In this document: in pieces, positions 32,538 through 45,858 of the stretch | How the letters are laid out: every line of letters starts with the position of its first letter | Position numbering within the stretch: the stretch's first letter is position 1 | From: Lytechinus pictus | Lineage: Eukaryota | Direction: 5' to 3' | Assembly (NCBI RefSeq): GCF_037042905.1 | Contig: NC_087249.1 | Coordinates: 39,184,001 to 39,248,000 of the forward strand | Length of the DNA: 64,000 nucleotides | Notes under the pieces: generated by a model | Databases searched by the model: none | Seen by the model: only the letters and a program-made list of their open reading frames with translations | What the model was told of the DNA's origin: nothing | Translations under genes and position numbers: made by a program

Positions 32538-35040
32538 AACCTTAAACTTACTCCTTTTGTACATGTGGTACTTCTGTCATACCCATGAAGCAGACGCCAG
32601 ACCGATCAAAGATATTACATTATCATCTATATAGAGTGTTCTAGCGATGCATCAAACACGTGTATTTTGGTCAGCATCAATTGCACATGCAGTATCACAG
32701 CGTATCCCTAAAAAGGACCGATATCCGACGAATATCCCATAGACTCCTGTACAAAATTTGCTATTGAATATGAGAGCTTATTCAACAGTTTGGGGCGCGT
32801 ACGCGAATGCGTGAAATATACAACGCATACAACAATGAAAGCAATGCGGTGTGCAGCTAGAGCACAACTACGCTCAATGACGTCATAATGAACTACATGC
32901 AAGTTGCATGTCAACGATCAAATTTGATCTTATGAAGTGATGATGCCATTATGTGATAAGTGATATGACTTGTTTAATCAAATTTCTCCCTCTTTTTGAT
33001 TGCCAGGGGTGGGATAGATGATAATAATTATATTGGATGGCGTTATTTCATGAAATACCAGAAATATTCCACTTGTTAGGGCCAATATTTTCCCGAACTC
33101 TTGGAATATTTCTTTTATTCCATTCTGAGCCATCCAATATAATATAATTATTTTGAAAGGCATATCAATCGTTGGTTTGGAGTCAGCTTCATTGATGGGA
33201 CTGTAACATAAATGCAGATGCTCAATATAAAAATGTTTCAAACTTCAATCTGTTTGCAGTTAATTGTATTTATCGAAAATGATGTGGCTATTGCTTCGCT
33301 CGTGTTTCAAACTTTGTCACCCTGTTATGCATGAGCCAGCAGTCTGCCAGCCACATACAGCGAGTATGCCTATCATAAGATCTTTTTAATGGTATGATGG
33401 TATGTTAAAACCTTTAACGTGGATAGCTCAATGTATGAACATCCGCTTTATCTGTAAAGCTCAGCCAATTCCTATTTTACCTAAAGCAGGCCTTCTTTAT
33501 TTGTAGGAAAGATTAAAAAGTAGCTGGAACACTATAGTGATCTTGTCTTTAACAGTGATCGATGTCTAAAGCACAGTAGCATTCATATCCTTTGTTTTGT
33601 TCACTGTAATCATAAACGTCAAATTTATGAGGTGAAAAAAGTATAAATAAACATATATATCTGGAATGACAAGCATTTTAATTCATGCTTTGATTGGATA
33701 AAAGTCAAATCTTTTGATTAAGGATTGTTGTGAATAGTTATATATTTTGTAATATATTTTGATCTTTCATTCACTTATCTGTAAAATTCCAAGGAGTTAT
33801 TTCATGAAGCTGTTTCATAAGTCATGCTTGAGTTAAAGGAGAATGAATCCTTCAGAACAAGATAGCTTGTGTGAAAACAGAAAATCAAAGAAACAGATCA
33901 ACGAAAGTTTGAGAAAAATCGGAAAAATAATGAGAAGGTTATGAGCATTTGAATATTGCGATCACTAATGCTATGGAGATCCTCAAATTGGCAATGCGAC
34001 AAAGATGTGTGATGTCACTTGTGAACATCTCTCCCCATTACATTAGTATATATTTATCATATGACGTATGATGGTGCTGCTCACATCTGACTCTCCGTAT
34101 CAAAACTTCATCTTATCAATCTATAGCCCTAGTATTCTTTGAAGCATTCTACCAAAATGTGTATGTTTCTCTTTTTTTCCACTCTTTAATTATAATCGAC
34201 CTTGGTCATGGACTCAAGGTTAACTTCTCCTTTGCTACCAGTATTGCAAAATTTTATTCAAACTGTTATAAATTCCATATTCATTTTCACTGTACAAGTG
34301 AAATTAAGTTTTGGGGCAAGCAAGATAATATTATTTTGTAGAGCCATGAATTGTACACAAAATCATGTTGGAGTAATTGGTCTCAAATTATGTTAGAGAT
34401 TCAAGTAAATAGGTCATGAAATGTATACTGTTAAGTGTTATGCAGTTAATGTTATTTGTAATACCCTTGCCCTTACGGTGAAATTAAATGTAAGTTCATA
34501 ATAAAACCTTATGTAAATATGTATATAATATGTATAAATTGACTTTGCATTCATCATATATAATTTTTCAAAAGTTATGATTTTTAATGGGAGAACCAAA
34601 TATCCTTGTATATCAAACAGTTAAATTGCAGGAAATGCATGATAATTCACATTTTGTTTCCTTCATGGAGAAAGAAACCAGGGGGAAAGTCACTTTAATA
34701 TAGTTTATTTTACCATTTATCCTGAAATAGTTATTTTGTGGTCAAGAAAGTTTTAGTCATAGCATATTGATAGTGTTCCTTTATAGTTATATTTTAGCAA
34801 TGCATGTAAATAAGTAATCAGCATAATTTAATCAAGTTTTGTAAAGCGGGTTAATATTCTCATAAATGTGTGTTTCTTTGAATAAAGTAATCTGTAAAAT
34901 TATCAAATGCTTTAATTTTTATCCTAATTGCTGTTTTCAACTGACTACTGCATTGAGCAAGTGGAAGAGTTCAATAACCTAGCAATAACGTAATTCCTCG
35001 TAAGAGCAAGCAGAAAAGACAAAATTTAAAATTCCTTTAA

Positions 35041-37982
35041 GGACGTTCCACTGTTATGTTTGTGCGCATCATGATCTGCGCATATTTTACACTCTGCGCG
35101 CTGACGTCACAATGGATGAACTGGCGATTTAATCAGCTGTAGGTAATGTGAGCTGATTTTTTTTCCTTATCTGCATGCACTAACTGCAGATCTGATGTGT
35201 TATTTTATGAAGCTAATAAACTGGAATTATTCCATGGACCATTTTTTCTATTCCTCTACAATTTCAAAATAGTTTCTCTGTAGTGCTGCAAAGTATGATG
35301 AATATGATCCCGAGTTTTGAATAAATGGAAAAGTGGTTCGGAATTTTCCCTCACATAGATACTGCTTTTGGCGCGTTTTCGGGTGTTTTAAGAAGCAAAT
35401 TTTCTCTAATAAGAGTGCTGATAGAAATCAAGCACATGAACACATATTTTTTAATGTTTGCCCCTCTTAGGTATACCTTCCTGTACATCTTTGCAAAGTT
35501 TGGTGAAAATGACATGGGTTTTGAATAAAGTGCAGCATTTCTTTTACTTCTCAAGTTTGTTATTGAAATTTGAAATTTTTGAGGTTGAGTATCTTTCCCG
35601 CAATTTCTGTGAACTGAGAGTGTTGTTAGACTTAAATGAGCAAACAATTGACAGCAATATAGATAGATTATCCATCTCACGGATACAATTATTAATCATA
35701 TTGCAAATTTGATGAAATTTTCATGGATTTTGACTGACTAATAGGGCTTTAAACTCATTGTTGTGATCTCGTGAGGTCTAAAAATGCCAAATTCTTTTGG
35801 ATGCGCAATTCTTAAGAACATCATCCATTTTGGGTAAGTTTGAAGCTCTATAGCAAAAAATCAAGCACATGGACCCATGTTAAATTTTGCATATTTGGAA
35901 TATTCAGGTGCTAAAGTATCTATGTGCAAAGTATGATGAAAATGACATGGATTTTCAATGTTTGAGAGCTAGACTACGGAACCACTCGCATTTTAGACGG
36001 TATTAACAGACTTTTAATCTTGTTTTCGGCGCATTTTGGGCTGTTTTAAGCCAACACGCAATACTGATAATTTGAAAACGAGCACATGGACCCCATAGTT
36101 TAAATGTCTTAACTTCTTTAAAATATATTCCCCTACTAATCTAGAGAGTATGATGAAAATGACATGGATTTTGAATGTTTGGGAGCAGGACTAAGGAACC
36201 ATTCGTATTTTAGACATTTGGGACGGTATTAAACTTTTGCCCGTTTTAGCCGTATTATAGATTGTTTCAAGCCAACTGACTTTGGACACTGATAGTTTAA
36301 AAACGAGCACATGGACCCCATATTTTTAATATTCTAACGTCTTCAGAATATATTCCTCTACAAATCTAGAGAGTATGATGAAAATGACATGGATTTTGAA
36401 TGTTTGGGAGCAAAACTACGGAATCATTCGTATTTTGGACATTTTGGACGGTATTATCAGACTTGTTTTCGGCGCATTTTTGGGCTGTTTCAAGCCAACT
36501 CGCAACCGTTTAGACACTGGTAGTTTAAAAACGAGCACATGGACCCCATAGTTTAAATGTCTTAACTTTTTCAGAATATACTTCTCTACTAATATAGAGA
36601 GTATGATGAAAATGACATGGATTTTGAATGTTTGGGAGCAGCACTAAGGAATCATTCATATTTTAGACATTTTGGACGGTATTATCAGACTTTTGTTTTC
36701 GGCGCATTTTTGGGCTGTTTCAAGCCAACTCGCAACAGTTTAGACACTGATAGTTTAAAAACAAGCACATGGACCCCATGTTTTTAATATTCTAACGTCA
36801 TCAGAATATATTCTTCTGCAAATCTAGAGAGTATAATGAAAATGACATGGATTTTGAGTGTTTGGGAGCAGCACTAAGGAATCATTCGTATTTTAGAAAT
36901 TTCGGACGGTATTATGAGACTTTTGCTTGTTTTCGGCGCATTTGGGGCTGTTCGATCAAGCCAACTCGCAACCGTTTAGACACTAATAGTTAAAAAACGA
37001 GCACATGGACCCCATATTTTCAATATTTTAATGCCTTTAGAATATATTCCTTTACAAATTTAGAGAGTATGATGAAAATGACATGGATTTTAAATGTTTG
37101 GGAGCGAAATATGGAACCATGTGCATTTTAGAGGGTATTAAGAGACTTTTGCATGTTTTTGGCACTTTTTAGGCGATTTTCAAGCCAACTTGTCACACTT
37201 GGGACACCAATAGTTTAAAAACGAGCACATGGACCCCATATTTTTAATATTTATGTCTTTAGAATATATTTTTCTACAAATCTGGAGAGTATGATGAAAA
37301 TGACATGGATTTTAAATGTTTAGGGGCAAAACTACGGAACCATTCGTATTTTAGACGGCATTATTAGACTTTTGCACGTTTTGGGCGCATTTTCATGCCA
37401 ACTCGCATCACTTTGGACACTCATAGTTAAAAAACGAGCACATGGACCCCAAATTTTTAAATTCCCTACACCTTAGATATACATTCCTCTACAATTTAGC
37501 CGAATTTGATGAAAATGACATGGATTTTGAAAAAAGTGCAGCTTACAAAATACTTTTTTAATTTTTGAGTAGATTCACGTCTTTGAAGATTTGTTTTTCC
37601 GAGTTTTTGCACCATTCTTGCCAAATGAAGGCGCTGCTGACTCCAACTAGATATAGTTTTACCAATTAAAAGACTTTCTCTTACTTTGGTATACACTTTG
37701 TTATATATCTAGAAAATTTGATGAAGTTTGATGCGGTATCCACTGAGTAAAGATAATTTTAACTCAATTTGGTGAATTCGTGAGGTCTAAGAGAGGCATA
37801 ATTCTCTTGATTGCGCAAGATTGCATATCATTCAAATGCGGCGACTTTGAAGACCCGTAGAAAAAAAATAAGCACATGAACCTATATCATTTTTTGCATT
37901 TTCATAATGCATAGATACCAAAGTAACTCTCTGCAAAATTTGGTGAAAATGACATGGACTTCATTTTAACTGTGGAACGTCC
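35041..37982. mobile_element. Kolobok-like non-autonomous element with an internal ~230-bp tandem array
   Basis: TTAA flanks (35037-40 and 37983-86). 16-bp TIRs GGACGTTCCAC(T/A)GTTA starting with RR. gaaaatgacatgg and gagcacatggacccca repeat about every 220-235 bp over ~35930-37530. Confidence 0.85.
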
Positions 37983-39077
37983 TTAAATGAGCCATTATAC
38001 CCAAATTATCTGATGTGTATTGAAATTTTAACCAAATTTTGACTTTTGACTTACCGGTAAATGTGGATTTATGAATTGGCTTGCAACAAAATGATGTTTA
38101 AAAAAATGTGATTGTCAAAATGAGGTCCCACCCTCCAGCTATTTATATTTAAAGAGATTGGGAGAAAATGAGAGGAAAGCTAATGAGAACAGAAGTAGAG
38201 GAGAGAGAGAAAAAGTAAAAATATAAGGTTAAGTTTCCAATTTGTAGGAATTTCCTTATTGTAGGCAGGATTAAGGATTCATCATCTTAACACCACAAAG
38301 GGTGATCTAAGAAAATATTTTGCAATCAATTGCAAATTTCTGTCGGCTAATTTTGAAGTGATAGCAAATTTATTTTAATTGCTTGTTGGAAGAGGCAGAC
38401 CAGTAATCAAGTGTGATTTGCAAATTACCAGACTTATAATTGATTTTTGTTGACCAAAAATTGACTTACAATTGATTGGACGTATCATGCAACTTACCAT
38501 AAGGTTATACACTAGCGAAACATTCCACAGCAATGGCAGAAAGTATCATCAATGCTAAAAATACAATAACTGTATAATGCTCTCAGAATCTGTGCTTCTC
38601 TGTAATGACATTTTCAAGTTAATGCACAATTTTTTAAAAACAAAATTTGCATGCCTCGTATATAGTCTGGAAACACATACTCAAATTGACATTAACAAAT
38701 TCTACCTCTTCTTGGGTGGAGGCTAGAATTCAAACCCTCTGTCCAGGGAATTGTAAGTCTCACTAAAAATTTCTTCCTCTATGTTTATGGGGGTCGTGGA
38801 TTTAAAACTTTAGTCGCAATTGAGGAATTTTAACATGATTGAACTGTAAGTGCATTTTAGATAATCAGCATCAATCCAGGCCACAGGCTCACTTTATTGA
38901 AACAACTGAGCCCTCCCATAAAAAGTTTGATTAACGATGATAAATCTATTTAAAAATATATAAAATAAGAAAAGAATATCGCAAGAGAATAATGAAAATA
39001 ATAGAAAACAAAACCCCTACTTTATTCAGATTCAAAACATGCATGTGCATAAAATTTTGCATGTATGTGGCCTTTGC

Positions 39078-39765
39078 CAGGGGCGTCGATCCATTTTTCA
39101 GATTGGGGGGGCAAAATCATTAACGTTCCAAAGGNNNNNNNNNNNNNNNNNNNNNNNNNNNNNNNNNNNNNNNNNNNNNNNNNNNNNNNNNNNNNNNNNN
39201 NNNNNNNNNNNNNNNNNNNNNNNNNNNNNNNNNNNNNNNNNNNNNNNNNNNNNNNNNNNNNNNNNNNNNNNNNNNNNNNNNNNNNACAGACACGTATCTC
39301 ACTACACAGATAGTACGAGTGCCGAGAGTGAGCTCAAATTTCTTTATATTCTGAGCTGAAAAAATGACAGTTTACTGGACGTTTTTGATAAAGAACAAGC
39401 TATATATCCAAGAAAAGATGATTGCAAATTGAAGCAGTTCTTTTGAGGCTTAGAACTGAAAATGGGACATTTACATTCACCAATTCAATCATGAAAAGTA
39501 TGGGTTTTTGCTACAGAAATGATGCGAGCGCGAAGCGCGAGCTGAAAATTTTTATATTCCAATCTGAAAAGCGCACATTTTGAGCACGATTTTAAATAAA
39601 GAACGAGTTGTTTATCTCAATCTCGCTTGCTGAACATTACAATCTTGTTTTTTTTTAATGCATATCCGGAATTATTGGGGGGGGCAAAATGATATGTTTG
39701 CCCCCCCAATATTTTCATTGGTGGGGCGATCGCCCCCCCCTGCCCCCCCAGGATCGACGCCTCTG
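39078..39765. mobile_element. hAT-type MITE with 8-bp TSD, spanning an assembly gap
   Basis: TIRs CAG(G/A)GGCGTCGATCC. Exact TSD GCCTTTGC at 39070-39077 and 39766-39773. Confidence 0.85.
39135..39285. other. Assembly gap (151 N)
   Basis: Run of N. Confidence 1.
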
Positions 39766-40049
39766 GCCTTTGCAATATATACAGGGGCGCCGCTACTGGA
39801 GGGGGGTAAGGGCAGCAGCCTACCCCCCCCCCCAATAATACCGTTCTGACAACAATAAGGCAAAAAAAATACTGTACTTTCTACCAGGACCTTCTATTCT
39901 CTTTTTTTTCCTCCATACACATGTCTTTATTTTGTACTCGTATTTTTTAATGTTTATTTTCAGAATGCATTAAAATGTAATTTAAAAAATCTATACAAAC
40001 AAATATAAATGGGTGTTTTGTCATAATTTATCAATAAACTTCGTGAAAA

Positions 40050-40335
40050 AAGACAGAGGTATAGCGCCAGCTAGTGTTGATATACGGTAGACGTTGTCCT
40101 GAACGACCGATGTACACACGAAGATTGCTGCTGCATTTAGCGGCAGTCCCAACTTTGCTAGCCCTGCCGCGCCCCGACTTCTAGTCTGGCAGCGCCGGCG
40201 ACACCCGATCACGCCCTGATATCCAGATATCCAATCGTCTACGCCTACGCTACGGTACAATTTTCGAGTAGCGAAGTTTCTGACATTGATGGCTTTCCAA
40301 CGTTAAATTAAAGTATTGAATTCCAAAGGTATGTA
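40050..40335 (+). promoter_or_regulatory. CpG-rich putative promoter and non-coding first exon of LRRC51
   Basis: Local CpG enrichment, donor-like AAG|gtatgt at 40328/40329, and an acceptor at 41260-61 just upstream of the ATG. Confidence 0.45.
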
Positions 40336-41285
40336 CCATGCATGCAGTAGATCCAGATACTAACAGGATGGAATTATATCTCTTTTGAATGATTGAATCA
40401 ATTGATAATTAGGCCTAAATGATAACTTTGTCTTTGAAAAGTTTGATAAACATGAAAATCCGACATGTCAAAGAGCGTTGCTGTGTTGTTAAGCCTGAGA
40501 CTGAATGAGTTGGGTGTCTGTCTTTGGTTGGAGTTTTTTGGTCATTTTATTGTTGATAAATCCCCCAAGGCCCCCCAAGTGGGTAAATAACCAATGCAGT
40601 TCCTTACCGGATCGAGATTATTGAATGTGTTCACCCTGAAATTATGATGTGAATGGTATCAAATGGAAATAAGTTTTTCAGGATGGAAATAAGTTTTTCA
40701 GGATTGAAATGTGATCTGAGTGAGTGTGAGTGTGAAGGTTTTTTCCCCCTTTGGTTTTGAATTTGATAGGTGTAACATTTATACTAAGGCCTTAGTTAAT
40801 TGTAAGTTAAGTTCTGAGGCTGAAATGGGCTGAAAATTGCAGGATATAATCTTTTCCTTAATTACCCTGTAATTAAAGTTCGCTCTTTTTATATCTGTTC
40901 TAAGATAATTGCTCAATAACCTCTTAAAAAGTTTTAAAGAAATATAAAAACATTGCCAATATATCTGTAAAGGTGCTTAGATTTTGTTCTGATGTATGAA
41001 GCACTATGAAAAAGCAGAATATTAATTATTATTAAGTGAGTGGAATGTTAAATGATACATTATTGACCATTTATCAAAACGTTAGCTTGAGCTTGGCAAG
41101 TAATACTAGTTATAATAGCTTGAAACCAATTAAAATTCAGTGGATGTTCAATTAGTTTTGTCTTTTGATTGCTTTTTTATTTTACTCTGTTATTACGGCC
41201 TGATCTGATCGAATAATATCTCTGCATGTTGAATCGAAGAAATTCCTTTCTCTAATTTCAGTGACCATCTTTTGTTGGCCCAGCC

Positions 41286-43589
41286 ATGACGAGTGGAGTG
41301 AAATCCCCCCGGAACGTCAACAACGATCCTGGCCCTATGGTAGATTTCTCCTTTGCAAACCTCACATCGCTTCTAGGTAAGTATTTCATTTGAAAGGTTG
41401 ATTTGATTTCAGAGTGCATCTCAAAGGCCCGGTAACGTAAAGCTTAGTGATTGATCATAGGGCTGGTTTCTACGATTGATTGCATTTATTATTGTGTATG
41501 ACCAATCATAAAAATCAGCCATACAATCGATCACTATCCAGGGGCCTGTTTCATAAATATTAGCTACTGAAATCCTTCAATCTGATTGGCTGATAGTAAA
41601 TTTGTTATAGAAATTGTGCAAAACAAGACCCAGAATTACTTTCCATTGATTACATGCTCTATAGGTAAAATTGCAAATATTTATGATTGAAAAAAGCCTA
41701 TTATGTTTGGCTGCCAATGCTTGTTGTGCTATGCCATATGCCTGTCCATGTTCATAAGGGTTGGAATAAGATGAGGGTGTTTTAGAAGCTATTGTTTAAA
41801 ATTCAGGTTTAGCTATGTTTGACCACATTCTTGGGGGTACAATTTCACTCATTACTTGGTCAAATGACAGACAATTGACCTAGGTAGTGTTTCACAGAAG
41901 GACTTGTCAGACGTTTTATCCGACAGCGCTGACTTATTAGCCAATCAAAATCAAGTTGTTAGAGCAAAAGAGAAAAAGAGTCATCAAAAGTAAAGAAAAA
42001 GGAAAAGAAAAAAAGAAGTCATCACTATAAAAAAATATCACTCCAGTAGAAAATTGACATGCCCTCCCCCCAAAAATAGAAAAACAAAAAAATATAAAAG
42101 GTCATCACTCCAATTACATCGAATCTTATGGGCATTTCAGGGGCAAATTCAACCTGCGCCTTGTGAAACTTTTCCCTTTAATAGGTGACAAAGTGAATCA
42201 GACATATTTTGCTTGTTTATAAGAAAATTTTACTTAAAAACATTCTGGCCTCAATCCTTTTTGTGAAAAGTAGATTCATCTCACCTCTGCTTTTTAAATC
42301 TCTCTTTTTAGAAATTGATGGTGAAGTGCCGAGGAACAAGACTTCGTGCAAAACCTTGAATGGAAAGTTCAGAAGTACCTCACTCAAGTTTAATAATAAC
42401 AAGTTGGCAGACTTGGAAGGGCTTGAGAAAGCAGTTGATCTGCTAGAGAGTCCGTCTGATCTCGAGTTCCTGGACCTCTCATTCAATGAGATCTTAAAGC
42501 TGGACAATGTAAGTATTCACATGACATAGACACAGTGTGTGACATTTGGTCTAATCACCATTTATAGGTAGAAGAAGTTGAATTAGCTACCTGGGGCTCG
42601 TTGCATAAAACTTATACCATAAAAAAACTCTGGCAAATAAACAAAAACTCTGGCAAACAAAATTATGCCATTGAAAATTACACATTCAAAAAATTTTTTT
42701 TATGGCAAAAGTTTTATGCAACGGGCCCCTGGGCTTTTGAGTAGTTGGATTAAGTGGGTATTAGACCAAGAGCTGTGTAGACCAAATGGCATTTAGGCCA
42801 AATGATAATAGACCAAATGGGTTTGGCCCATGTGATTAGACTCTCTTGAGTCTGAGAAATATATGTAGACCAACTTACAAACTTCTAATCTGAGGTTACA
42901 TAAGTGATCCAGATCACATTATTGATAGCTCACCCCAAGTGAGATTTGTCCCAAGACTTATTAAGTTATTTTCACTTTGTTGCTGCGCTGAAATAATTAC
43001 CCGCCCAACACCAGTACCAAATGATTAACACCAAACTTGAAATGGATTTTGTTTTCTATGCTCAAAATACATTGGCCTCATCATTGCACCGCCATCTTAA
43101 AGGCTGAAGCCATTCCCTTGTATGCATTGCTCATCTTCAACAACTGTTAAGTGTGTATTCCTATATCCTCTGAGGGAGGGCGCTATGAGATTATGATGTC
43201 ATATGCATAAAGGGCTATATTCTTCCCATTTTCGTCCCCTCTCATTTTTCCTAACAAACTACATGTCATTCTTTCTCTCACTATCTATCTCTCTCTAGGA
43301 CATTCTGCAATATCCAAAATTAAAGATACTCTATCTCCATGGCAACATGATCAGCAAGCTGGAAGAAATCAACAAGCTGGCTGCGCTACCGAACCTGTAC
43401 AACCTGGCGATCCACGGGAATCCCATCGAAAACGAACCGGAGTTCCGTCCATACATCCTCTCCCACTTGCCACACCTCAAGAAATTGAACTCCGCCCCGA
43501 TCACCAAGGCAGACCACAAAGACGCGGAGAGGTGGAAAACTATTTGTGGATCCAAGAAGAAAAGGAGAAGACGGAAGGATACTGATTAG
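41286..43589 (+). CDS. LRRC51: Leucine-rich repeat-containing protein 51 (192 aa, 3 coding exons)
   Basis: Exons 41286-41376, 42312-42508, 43299-43589 (579 nt). Motifs VDFSF, SLKFNNNKL, LDLSFNEI, ILYLHGNMISKLEEINKLAALP, IHGNPIE and ITKADHKDAERW match the LRRC51 pattern. Confidence 0.9.
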
Positions 43590-44754
43590 AGATTTTTTTT
43601 TCGAAGGTCTCTGTAATATTCACTCTAACACTGACACCTTGGCTATCGGGATGTACATATTATCAGGAATCTCACATTATTTTTATAATTCTGAATATTT
43701 TTTTAAAATTATCATTATTAATTTAATTTGTTTGGAGTCACCTGTGCCTGGGGGGTGAACAGCAGACTGAATCACTGTGACCCGCTGGTATGTGTGATAT
43801 GGAGTGTAACTCATTGAAAAAAAATACATGTACATCTATAATACTCCAAAGGTTTCAGTATGTGGGGCAAGTGGGTATGCAGGCATTTTGTGAATTTACA
43901 ACATTGTGCAAAAAGCTTTTGGCAAGCCTCAGGGTTCTTGCACCATTGTAAAATACCTGCGAGCATGCTGCATAGTCACAGACACATTTACAACTGTGCA
44001 TTATTTGTATTATAACACATTTTATAGCATAAATTGTATTATCCTCTGCACAATTATAGATTTCATTGTATTGCTTGGAAATGTATTGTTCAAGTTTTTA
44101 TAAACTTTGTTGTAGTTTTGTGGTTTTTTTTGTCTGTGTGTTAATTTTGCCAACTTGCACATGTGTTTTTTTATGCTTGAGAAGAATATAAACAGATAAA
44201 CTGAATAATTAGTATGACACAATCACACTGGTACATTATTTGTACAGTAATAGTAATTCCTGCAGCAAGAAATTTACCCACATTGTGCTGCACTCAAACC
44301 AGGTGAGGTGAATGGGTTCCTGGCAGGATGAATTCCTTGAATGCACCAAGCACCTTTTGAAGCTGGAGCTAGAGTTGGGGTGAAATATAGTGCACCATTG
44401 AATAGGTAACTAGGTAACCGGTGCCTCATAATGCTATATGATATTATCATTAATACATTTGAAGTAATTAGCATAATTTGCATATTTTTTGTTAGCCTCT
44501 ACACAATATATAGATTTTATTATATTGCTTGGAAATATATTGTTCTTAGCCAGGTTTTTTTTGTCTTTGTATGCCATCTTGCAAGTGTATGTATTGTAAT
44601 TGTTTATTTTATGCTTGAGAAGAATTTAGACAAATAATGTAACCTAACTGTATTGTTTGTTTAGACATGCTGAATATATGTATCAGTAGATGAACCATTA
44701 AGAAGGATCTTTGATGTAATAACATAATTAACATCATGTATACAGTATATTGTA

Positions 44755-45142
44755 TTCAGCCTAATTAGCATATTTATGAAAAATACATATTCAGTATATC
44801 GTACGAAGCCTTATTAGCATAATTATGAAATCCAATACATATTCAGTATATTGTAGGAAGCCTAATTAGCATATTTATGAAAAATACTTATTCATTATAT
44901 CATAGGAAGCCTAATTAGCATATTTATGAAATCCAATACATTTTCAGTATATTGTAGGAAGCCTAATTAGCATATTTATGAAATCCAATACATATTCAGT
45001 ATATTGTTACCTAGCATATATTTATGAGCAACTGATATAGAGAATAATGTAATCAGCCTAATTAGCATATTTATGAAAAGAAAAAAAATGATACATAAAT
45101 ATACAGTATAATTTAATCAGCTTGATTAACATATTTATGCAA
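44755..45142. repeat. ~51-bp tandem array with core gcctaattagcatatttatgaaa, about 8 copies
   Basis: Cores at ~44759, 44808, 44859, 44909, 44961, 45010, 45056 and 45120. Confidence 0.85.
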
Positions 45143-45488
45143 AAAAGTCAACCTTATCCTCGTCAACAACACTGGGAGCTTTTCATTAAACAAATAGTGT
45201 TTTTTCACTGACAAATTTGGTCTGAGCCAATCAGATGCAAGGCTTTCAGTAGCTTATAACAAATAGTGAGAATTACCATTTGCTGTGAATATGAAATACT
45301 CCCTCTGTAGACATGTAGAAATTGTAAACAACTTTCAGAATTTTTGGTAAAATGATTTTGTTAAAAAGAATGGATTTATGTCATTTATGGATGAGGAAGT
45401 ACAGTGAGCTTGTTGGATACTTTATCATGGGCAAACTTCTTTTATTAGTCTAATTATCATGACAATCAAATTTCACTTGAATGTATTA

Positions 45489-45858
45489 AGGCCACCGCAC
45501 ACCTTATGACTGTTCGCAATCCGATTTTGGAACAAATCGGAGTTTGCTCATTTTCTGAAAATGTGAATGGAACATATCATTTTATTTGAGGTTAAAATTA
45601 ATTGAAAGAATACTAATATAACCATTTTGTAAGATTGTAAGCCTTTGTTTTGGAGTAAAGGCCAAATTAGTTTCAAATCGTAGCCAATCGTACGACTGCT
45701 ATGACCTCATTACGACTAGATATTAAATTTGCTTTTATTCTATGATGATTTCGAACATTACACAGTAAGATATTCCAAGTCTCAATATTAGCATCAAATT
45801 CTACTAGGTTTTATTCCAAAATTGAGTCGCAGACCGATCGTAAGGTGTGCGGTCACCT
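45489..45858. mobile_element. PIF/Harbinger-like MITE
   Basis: Imperfect TIRs aggccaccgcacacctta / taaggtgtgcggtcacct, flanked by TTA. Confidence 0.75.

Noticed and set aside
35930-37530. CRISPR-like repeat/spacer array
   Set aside because: Eukaryotic context, no cas genes, and the intervening segments are homologous to each other, so it is a tandem repeat.
39039-39359. ORFs spanning the X run
   Set aside because: Artefacts of the N gap.
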